Origin: a virus
Strand: one strand, 5' to 3'
Length of the DNA: 64,000 bases
IMG/VR virus record: IMGVR_UViG_3300002307_000001
Span: 1 to 64,000 of that record
A program made the position numbers and the translations under genes. Within the stretch, counting starts at the first letter, position 1; each line of letters starts with the position of its first letter. Positions 56,960-64,000 of this stretch are shown one piece after another. The notes beneath the pieces are model-generated. The model was given only the letters and a program-made list of their open reading frames with translations. It made no database searches and had not been told where the DNA came from.

Positions 56960-59818
56960 CTATTTTATAAACTTTTGGAGAGCACTCCCTCCATATTTAA
57001 ACACACCTCTTTGACGAAGAAGATTATATACGCTACCTGATTCACGTTTAATTTGTCGTTTAGCAAGTTCTGCTCTTTCGGCCATTGTAAGTTCTCCAAG
57101 AGTTTTACCTTTTATTTCTGGGTATATCTCAGCACCGTAACCTTTACCACTCCATGTCTGAAGTGCTTTGTCTACTGGTGTATCTGCTTTGTAATATTTA
57201 GAAGACATTATACCATCTGTATCACCAAACAGTTGTGTTTGATATGCTTTAAAACCTGTAGCAAGATCAGGGAAAGCAGCAAAATGACCACTACCATCTG
57301 TTTGTTTGATACCTGAGTCAACAGCTCCAAACTTTTTAGCAAATGTTGGTTTATAAATAATGTTACCTGGATTATTAGTAGCAGTAGCTATATCAACACC
57401 TTTAGCTCTTTTAATTGGAGCAATTTCATCTTGTACAGGTTGTTGATACCTTGTATTATCTTGAGAATAACTTGAGTTATTTTGAGGAAACTGCCCCATT
57501 ATACTAATATCTGGCCCAGAAGCCAATGGTATAAAATCACCACCTATTTGATAATGAGGAAGATATGCACCTCCTGTTTGATATTGTGGTGCCATTTGTG
57601 GCATTGCCATGTGACTACCACCATATCTCATTTGGTATCCACCGTATTGTGTTACAGGTCTAGTAGTAGTTGTTTTTTCAACATTTCCTGATTTACCAGT
57701 TTGGGTACGAACAGTTCCTTGGTTCCCAGTTGCAGCTTGAAACGCTTCGTCAAAACTCCAATTGTTTTCTTTCATTAATGCTTTAATCTGCTCAGGTAAA
57801 GTAGAGTTTCCACCTTTTTGAATATCTCTAAAATATTTTTCTTCCATACCCGGTTTAAACTTGGGGTAACCACCTGGTCCAATATCAAAGTATTCAGATG
57901 TTTTATTAAGCCATGCAGTTTTAACGTCATCTTCATGATGTTTCTGCATTCTGTCTGTATACTCTGCTTGTAATTTACCTTGTTCTCTTTGGTAATCTCT
58001 ATCAGCTAAGAAACCTGCTTTGTTAAGTTCAGCAAGTCTATTAGCTTGTTTAGCCATTAAATCATTGGTAATTTGAGCAGCCTGTGAATTTGCAGCATTT
58101 GCTATACCAACATTTTGAGCTTGTGTATTAGCTATTGCTTCTCTTACTGGTTTAAGTGATTCCCCTTGTCTAGCCAAAGACATTGCTCTACCGGTAGCAC
58201 CAACATCACCTTCACTTGCAGATCTTGCAGCTTCTTGTGCAGCAGCAGCTTGTGCAGTATAATCAGCAAATACTGTTTCAGGTATAACAGCTTGTACAGG
58301 AGGTTCATATGGTCTAAACTTTTTAAGGTTAGCCATCTGTAACAAGTTTTGCATGTCTCCGTAAAAGTTTGGGTCCATATGCATACCTGCTATTCCTTTT
58401 CCTACATTTTTTATTCCTTTTCCTATATTACGTAATGTATTACCTGTCCAAGTACCATTATCAGTATTATCAAAAGAAGGTGGCGTAACAGGATATGGTG
58501 TTGAACCTTGTTCATTTGGTGTAGGGAAAGGTATAAGACCTAACATAGACATTTGTTCCATTTGATCTTGTTGTCTACCTAGTTGAATAGGAGGTATGGC
58601 TCTAGTATCTCTTATTCCCCATTCAAATGGTTTTACACCAGTTCCTTTTAACTGTGTAGCATCTCCGATATACTTTTTTACCCAATTGTTCCAACCTTCA
58701 GGATTTTGCATATTTTCAGGTACACCTTTTGCTGTCATTATATCCTTTGCTAATGGAAATGATAAATAATCAGATCCATAATCTACACCTCTTTTAAGAT
58801 TTGGATTATGCATAGCTTGTGTAAGCCTGTTTTTAAACATTTGATCAAAGTCATCCTGTGTTAATTTTTTCTGATAAATAGATCCAGCATTAGTTGTAGG
58901 TCCTATTAATGGTGAACTAACTATTGGATAAGAATTATCTGTACTGTTTTGGTTAATGTTTATAGAATTAGATAATTCTGTACTCGGATACATATTGTAT
59001 ACAGGTGATACAGATTGTGCTACTTGTTGATTAGCTACAGTATTAAGATCTTCTTCTTCAGTACGTGGGCCTATACCAGCATATTGATACTTTGGTATCT
59101 CACCACCGTATTTTGCCATTACTTCAGGTTGCATCATGTTCTGACCACCTGGTCCCATGTTACCGGCTTCCTGTACTTCTGGTTCTTGTTGTTGGAATTG
59201 TTGTTGACCTTTAGGTTGATTAGGGTCATGATGATCCATGCCCATTTGCTTTTTCATACCTTCCTGTACTGCAGCAAGTTTATTGAGTTTAGCAAGATAG
59301 TTATCATTCATTAACTGTGCAGTCTTCTTAGAAAACTCATCAGCTTTTGGGTCATCCAATATTCTTTTTAGTTTATTGAGATCGTATTTCTTAGCAACCT
59401 CTGCAGGAGTATATCCACTTTTTCTAGGTTTCATATTAAACATTGCAAGAATGTTTGGATCCTTTACTTTCAATGCTTTAGTATCAGAGAATACAAAAGA
59501 GTTTGATGGTACATTAATATCTTTACCACCTTCTGTATGTGGTTTACCATTAACATTCATCAATTCTTGTTGACCATCTTGATCAAAATCACCAAGTACC
59601 ATCTCTTGCTTTTCTGCATTAATATCTCCACCATCCTTTGCTTCAGGTAATGTGTTACCTGTTTTAGCATATGGGTTAATCTTAGATGTAGAGCCTGGAT
59701 AACCGGCAGGAGATGACCAGAATTTGTCAAGCGCAAGACCACCAGATACACCTCCCTCTTGTTGTCCTCCGTATTTTGCCAGCTTACTTTTAGGTAAGGC
59801 ATTAATTCGTACTCTCAT
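56960..59818 (-). CDS. virion structural/cargo protein with C-terminal NNPGNI lysozyme-like domain
   Basis: N-terminal AEK.E / G..H..GG / VFSD domain; C-terminal TNNPGNI..FA.FP....GF.A. Confidence 0.68.
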   Translation of the reverse strand: MRVRINALPKSKLAKYGGQQEGGVSGGLALDKFWSSPAGYPGSTSKINPYAKTGNTLPEAKDGGDINAEKQEMVLGDFDQDGQQELMNVNGKPHTEGGKDINVPSNSFVFSDTKALKVKDPNILAMFNMKPRKSGYTPAEVAKKYDLNKLKRILDDPKADEFSKKTAQLMNDNYLAKLNKLAAVQEGMKKQMGMDHHDPNQPKGQQQFQQQEPEVQEAGNMGPGGQNMMQPEVMAKYGGEIPKYQYAGIGPRTEEEDLNTVANQQVAQSVSPVYNMYPSTELSNSININQNSTDNSYPIVSSPLIGPTTNAGSIYQKKLTQDDFDQMFKNRLTQAMHNPNLKRGVDYGSDYLSFPLAKDIMTAKGVPENMQNPEGWNNWVKKYIGDATQLKGTGVKPFEWGIRDTRAIPPIQLGRQQDQMEQMSMLGLIPFPTPNEQGSTPYPVTPPSFDNTDNGTWTGNTLRNIGKGIKNVGKGIAGMHMDPNFYGDMQNLLQMANLKKFRPYEPPVQAVIPETVFADYTAQAAAAQEAARSASEGDVGATGRAMSLARQGESLKPVREAIANTQAQNVGIANAANSQAAQITNDLMAKQANRLAELNKAGFLADRDYQREQGKLQAEYTDRMQKHHEDDVKTAWLNKTSEYFDIGPGGYPKFKPGMEEKYFRDIQKGGNSTLPEQIKALMKENNWSFDEAFQAATGNQGTVRTQTGKSGNVEKTTTTRPVTQYGGYQMRYGGSHMAMPQMAPQYQTGGAYLPHYQIGGDFIPLASGPDISIMGQFPQNNSSYSQDNTRYQQPVQDEIAPIKRAKGVDIATATNNPGNIIYKPTFAKKFGAVDSGIKQTDGSGHFAAFPDLATGFKAYQTQLFGDTDGIMSSKYYKADTPVDKALQTWSGKGYGAEIYPEIKGKTLGELTMAERAELAKRQIKRESGSVYNLLRQRGVFKYGGSALQKFIK

Positions 59819-60659
59819 ATTTCCAATATTTATTGGTTAATAATGTATTACTTTTTATGTGTCTCGCTACAGTAGATGATGAGCAATTAGCAAAATCTGC
59901 AGCTTCTTTTAGAGATTTAAACTTTACTTCTTCTGACCTGTCTATATTATAGCATATAACAGGTACTCTATTTATTTTATCAGATAACATTCTTGCTTCT
60001 GATACTTTCCGATTATGCTCTTCTCGTGATACTTTATCTTGAGGTAGCTTCCTGCGTTCCAAGTTCTTCTTTTCACGAAATTCAGGATGGGCAACTAACC
60101 ATCTCTGATTAGTAAGTCTTGCTCTTTCTCTTTGCTCTGCTTTAGTTTTTCTCGGCTTACCTCCTGTATTTCTACCTTCCTTGTATGCTGCCTTATTGCT
60201 TTCCGATAGTTTCCTCTTTTTCTCTTCGGAACAAGGTCTCTTACCAGCTTTGGATATCTTAGCCTTTGCTTCAGGAGTATGTTTATACCCCTTTCCTTTT
60301 TCTCCTATCAATTTCTTAGTCTGGTCACTGTGTTTGAAGCCCCTCATTCCATCGCCACCATCTGTTAAATTAAGACCTTCTGTTTGTGGATACCTGTTTC
60401 TATTTGATTTATAAAAACCAATGTAGTATTTTTCAAGAGAGTCAAGTATTTCGTATGGGTAATCCTCGTTTATTATTTCTTCAATAACTTCAAAGTTATG
60501 ATTGTCCCATCCATACTTCTGAATAGAATTATATATCAAAATCTGATTTACACATTTGGAGTTTTTATAACGATTTTTCCTTCTGGCTAAGTTAATAGTT
60601 TGACCTATATAAATTTTACCAGAAGGATTAGTAATCTTGTATATGTAACCGTATGCCAT
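59802..60659 (-). CDS. free-standing GIY-YIG endonuclease with NUMOD3 repeats and NUMOD1
   Basis: GYIYKITNPSGKIYIGQT, LEKYYI, NLTDGG, HS..TK..I repeats, F.SL.EAA. Confidence 0.9.
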   Translation of the reverse strand: MAYGYIYKITNPSGKIYIGQTINLARRKNRYKNSKCVNQILIYNSIQKYGWDNHNFEVIEEIINEDYPYEILDSLEKYYIGFYKSNRNRYPQTEGLNLTDGGDGMRGFKHSDQTKKLIGEKGKGYKHTPEAKAKISKAGKRPCSEEKKRKLSESNKAAYKEGRNTGGKPRKTKAEQRERARLTNQRWLVAHPEFREKKNLERRKLPQDKVSREEHNRKVSEARMLSDKINRVPVICYNIDRSEEVKFKSLKEAADFANCSSSTVARHIKSNTLLTNKYWKYESTN

Positions 60660-60880
60660 TATAATATAGTTATATCGTATCCCTGGTTTATTAATTCCTG
60701 TACATATTGTGGGTTTAAATCATAATGTTTTCCTGCCTCAAAGTTACTTGAATTTTTAGCATAACCACCATTAGCCATAACGGTGTTATTATTCATGTCA
60801 GGTGTACCTGTAATACGAACACGTTTTGTATTACCACTCATCTGCATTTCCGGTGTACCGGTTATTTTTATCTTAGGCAT
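60659..60880 (-). CDS. small hypothetical virion-module protein
   Basis: 73 aa; KITGTP/RITGTP repeat; C-terminus resembles that of the 606 aa ORF. Confidence 0.65.
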   Translation of the reverse strand: MPKIKITGTPEMQMSGNTKRVRITGTPDMNNNTVMANGGYAKNSSNFEAGKHYDLNPQYVQELINQGYDITIL

Positions 60881-60891
60881 CTTTAATAGTA

Positions 60892-62712
60892 TTAGAGCAT
60901 GTCAATTTTATATCCCATTCTTTTCAGGTTAGCTATTTCTGCATCTGAAAGCTCAAGTTCCTGTCCTGCATGATAACCTCCTTGTGCAAAGGTATCTCTT
61001 ATTGGCATTCCACCCATTTGCATTTTTCCACCATACATTGCTACCCCTTGACCTGGGTAATATATCCCTGCTTTAGTTGGTGTTCTTTGATCTGGTCTAA
61101 ATGTACCATTATAATCATAGTCACCATGTCCACCCGGTTGGTTTACAGCAGCAAAAGCATTTGATGAAAGCCGATCATTAAATTGTTTATTTTGAAGTTT
61201 TTTTTGTTCATTTAAAGCTGCATATGTTCCTGCTACACCAAATGCTGCCATACCAGTACCAAGAATAGCTTTACCCCAATTTGGTTTTTGAGCTTTGTTT
61301 GAATCAGGACATTTCATAGGATTACCTTGAGCATCCTTACATTTCATTTCATTATCTGCATTTTGGTTATTGTCATTACTAGGGCTATTCTGTGAATCAT
61401 CTGCAACATTTGGTGGATTGTTATCCGGGTTATTGACCGGATTGTTTGGGTCAGTACTTGGATTGTAACCATCTTGATTATCTGAGTTATCAGAACTAAA
61501 AGCACTTCTATTAGGATCACCTTGGAAACCTGCATCATTACCTGCTCCTGAAGGGGTATCAGAAGTTACATTGGGTCTACCATTTGTACCACCATCTTGA
61601 AAATTGCCACCCATTGCCATAAACCTAGCTAATGGATGATAAGGATTTACAGTACCATATTGACCACCTGGTTCATAGACTTCTCTACCAGGTGTTATCA
61701 TACCACCTGTTTCCATAGTTTGGCCTCCATACATATGAGAATGATTAAAATGTTTAGCGTTTCTGGCAAAGTTTGCCATCTGTCTTACATGTGGATCAGG
61801 TGAGTGCAATGCTTCTTCAGTTGTTTTCCCTGTACGTTGTTTGTAAGCAGTAAACATTCCTTCATGTGATTTCTTTATATGGATACCACCCTGTTTCATT
61901 CCCGGCATTGGTTGTGCACCTTGTTGCTGCATCTGTTGTTGCTGCATCATAGCTTGCTGATCCTGTGGAGACATTTGTTGCTGCTGCTGCTGTCCTTGTT
62001 GTGCTTGTTGCATAGCCATCATCTGTTGGTCTTGTGGACTCATCATCTGTTGACTAGGATCTTGTGGTCCCATCATAGCACCCTGTGGCATTCCTTGTGG
62101 CATTCCTTGCCCTTGAGGCTGTCCCTGAGCCTGTGACATGGCTTGCATCATTATCTGCAACTGTTGGGGAGTAAGATGCTTTTTCTTGTGTCCACCTTTA
62201 TGATGGTGACCACCTTTCTTCATTTCAGTAGACAAATCTTGTAACATTCCACCATCCATACCGGTTCCTGGATTCATGGCAAATGGATTAACTAGTTGAG
62301 CACCAGGTGTTATACCACCAAATGCCATTTGAGTTGGAAGATCTTGTAGATATCCTGAACCATCACCTGTACCTGGGTACATAGCAAAAGGTGTAGGGTA
62401 TTCATTATTGCTTACATTAAAAGAAGCATTGCCACCCATACCAAAAACAGGTGCACTACCACCAATAGGAAAAATGGGACCACCGTTAGCAAAATATGTA
62501 CCATTGCTATATGTTCCTGAATCACCTGCTGTAGATACCCAACTATCACCATTCCAGTAAGATCCAGCATGACCAGAAGCTGCTCCTCCATTTTTCATTG
62601 TTTGATTTCCTTTCATATGAGGGTATGCTGCAAAGAAATGTTCTTCAGAAGGATAGCGTTGATAAAATTCTTCTTGGGTTTTACAGTTAGTCATTTTCAT
62701 GAACTTATGCAT
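60892..62712 (-). CDS. low-complexity (Gln/Gly/Met-rich) putative virion protein
   Basis: Poly-Q tract, IHIK..G.F...ANFARNA domain, hydrophobic segment near the C-terminus, many xxxGG motifs. Confidence 0.7.
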   Translation of the reverse strand: MHKFMKMTNCKTQEEFYQRYPSEEHFFAAYPHMKGNQTMKNGGAASGHAGSYWNGDSWVSTAGDSGTYSNGTYFANGGPIFPIGGSAPVFGMGGNASFNVSNNEYPTPFAMYPGTGDGSGYLQDLPTQMAFGGITPGAQLVNPFAMNPGTGMDGGMLQDLSTEMKKGGHHHKGGHKKKHLTPQQLQIMMQAMSQAQGQPQGQGMPQGMPQGAMMGPQDPSQQMMSPQDQQMMAMQQAQQGQQQQQQMSPQDQQAMMQQQQMQQQGAQPMPGMKQGGIHIKKSHEGMFTAYKQRTGKTTEEALHSPDPHVRQMANFARNAKHFNHSHMYGGQTMETGGMITPGREVYEPGGQYGTVNPYHPLARFMAMGGNFQDGGTNGRPNVTSDTPSGAGNDAGFQGDPNRSAFSSDNSDNQDGYNPSTDPNNPVNNPDNNPPNVADDSQNSPSNDNNQNADNEMKCKDAQGNPMKCPDSNKAQKPNWGKAILGTGMAAFGVAGTYAALNEQKKLQNKQFNDRLSSNAFAAVNQPGGHGDYDYNGTFRPDQRTPTKAGIYYPGQGVAMYGGKMQMGGMPIRDTFAQGGYHAGQELELSDAEIANLKRMGYKIDML

Positions 62713-62764
62713 ATTGTATTAGTTTAGTGCTTATAATAAATTTACTTAATTTTTTTGACTTTTA

Positions 62765-64000
62765 CTATTTATATTTATTTAACCAACCAGTTTTACCACC
62801 GTATTTATTTTGTTGTCTTATTGTTGGTAATAATTGATCGGGTATTTGATTAGTTTTTCCTTTTTCGGCATTTATCATTCTTTGAAAAGGTGTTTTTATA
62901 CCAAAATCTGTATATTGATTAGGAAATTCATATTTTAAATGTTCAGGAGATCTATCTATACCTACATCAGTCCAAGGAGCATGTTCTCTATTTACTAAAT
63001 GTTGTGTTTCACCACTTCTTAATTTATAACCTTGTTCAAATAACTCTCCTTTACTATTGGGCCCTTTAGTAAGAAACATTCTTCCTAATGGTTCATTTCT
63101 ATTATAAGGTAAAGCTGTATATTCAGATGGTGGTACCTCTATTTGTTTATCCCAGATTCTTCTTTTTGCTGCAGTAGTTAAGGGTTCTATTTTACCAACG
63201 TTATTAGGATTTAGTCCAAAACTTTCTAATATCTGTTGCTCTTTATTTAACTCAGGTATACTTACTAATGTAGGCATTCCTGTAGGAGTTTTTGCTTTAC
63301 CTATAGAAGCTGCAGGAAAGTTACCGGATGTTCTTATTGGTTGTATTGGTTCTATAAAAGAATAAGGATAATGTGGGACTACATTACTTTCTCCATATAC
63401 AGGTTTTAAAGGGGCTTTTTTAAGTTTTGATAACCAATTATTAGCTCCCTCTATTCCTGTTTTACCTAATCCATAGGCTAACTCAGTTGCACCCATAATA
63501 GCAGTTACATCATTTATTTTTTCAGCAAGACTATTAAACTCAGGATTTCTAGCTAATACAGTAAGTGGTTTAGTATTTCCTTCACTATCTAAATTCATTT
63601 GTTCATAAGCATTTGCTTTAGCAGCTTGATATTCTCTTTCCTCTTTGGGACTTCTTTTTTTAGTTGAAGTTATTTTAGACTCACCTTTCTTTTTGTAATC
63701 TGCATAATTTTTATTTAAAGCCATTTGCTCCGGTGTAAGAGTTTTTAAATTCTCTTTTACTTGCTGCATTTGTTGGTACCCTTGTAACATAGTAGGATCC
63801 ATATCTTGATATGGGGATACCGGTGCACTTGTTTGTGCTTGTCTTAATGCTGCTGATTGAGAAGGTGTAAATCCTCCTTGTTGGTATTGTTGTAACCATC
63901 CACCTTGCATCTTTACAAACCCTCCTTCTTTCATAACAGGTACTTCAAATACTTGTTGGCCGGGAAATTGATACTCGCCACCAGGTAGCATGTACTGGTG
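62765..64000 (-). CDS. putative virion protein, probably 5'-truncated by the window end
   Basis: Frame is open to 64000; M.PG..Y.FPG..V.E.P motif; repeated GGWL..Y motif. Confidence 0.65.
   Translation of the reverse strand, partial: HQYMLPGGEYQFPGQQVFEVPVMKEGGFVKMQGGWLQQYQQGGFTPSQSAALRQAQTSAPVSPYQDMDPTMLQGYQQMQQVKENLKTLTPEQMALNKNYADYKKKGESKITSTKKRSPKEEREYQAAKANAYEQMNLDSEGNTKPLTVLARNPEFNSLAEKINDVTAIMGATELAYGLGKTGIEGANNWLSKLKKAPLKPVYGESNVVPHYPYSFIEPIQPIRTSGNFPAASIGKAKTPTGMPTLVSIPELNKEQQILESFGLNPNNVGKIEPLTTAAKRRIWDKQIEVPPSEYTALPYNRNEPLGRMFLTKGPNSKGELFEQGYKLRSGETQHLVNREHAPWTDVGIDRSPEHLKYEFPNQYTDFGIKTPFQRMINAEKGKTNQIPDQLLPTIRQQNKYGGKTGWLNKYK

Noticed and set aside
61900-62160. CAG/CAA-type tandem repeats as a separate repeat element
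   Set aside because: They are explained by the poly-Gln and QGMP repeats of the 606 aa protein.
34800-63899. Short + strand and alternate-frame ORFs inside the giant late genes
   Set aside because: They are fully nested in long coding ORFs, with no motifs or plausible start context.
1-64000. Stop-codon reassignment (TAG or TGA), as in some crAss-like phages
   Set aside because: The giant ORFs are intact under the standard code, and TAG/TGA end genes at sensible positions (for example polymerase exon 2, recA, SSB-like gene).
1-64000. CRISPR array, tRNA genes, reverse transcriptase/DGR, integrase
   Set aside because: I saw no regularly spaced repeats, no cloverleaf with a T-loop consensus, and no RT or recombinase motifs by eye.

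Overview
AT-rich window from a crAss-like (Crassvirales-type) dsDNA phage of a Bacteroidota host, read in the standard genetic code. Positions 1 to ~31.4 kb are a + strand replication/recombination region. It holds a family A DNA polymerase split by a group I intron carrying a GIY-YIG gene, plus DnaB helicase, primase, Sak4-like ATPase, SSB-like protein, RecA, RuvC, a PD-(D/E)XK exonuclease, a degenerate UDG, MazG-like proteins, two RepL-like proteins, free-standing homing endonucleases and many small ORFs. Positions ~31.7 to 64 kb are mostly - strand late/virion genes: a GH108 endolysin, a 1965 aa cargo protein, a 4403 aa virion RNA polymerase (DFDID motif) and low-complexity virion proteins. 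The most unusual signals are: (1) three sequence-unrelated but architecturally similar RNA-switch leaders upstream of three unrelated nuclease genes; (2) a circularly permuted histidine phosphatase in the 1965 aa virion protein; (3) a recurrent xxxGG motif across four virion proteins; (4) long structured non-coding regions before both RepL-like genes; (5) sense-strand TTT avoidance in many early genes. All family calls come from motif recognition by eye, not from database searches.
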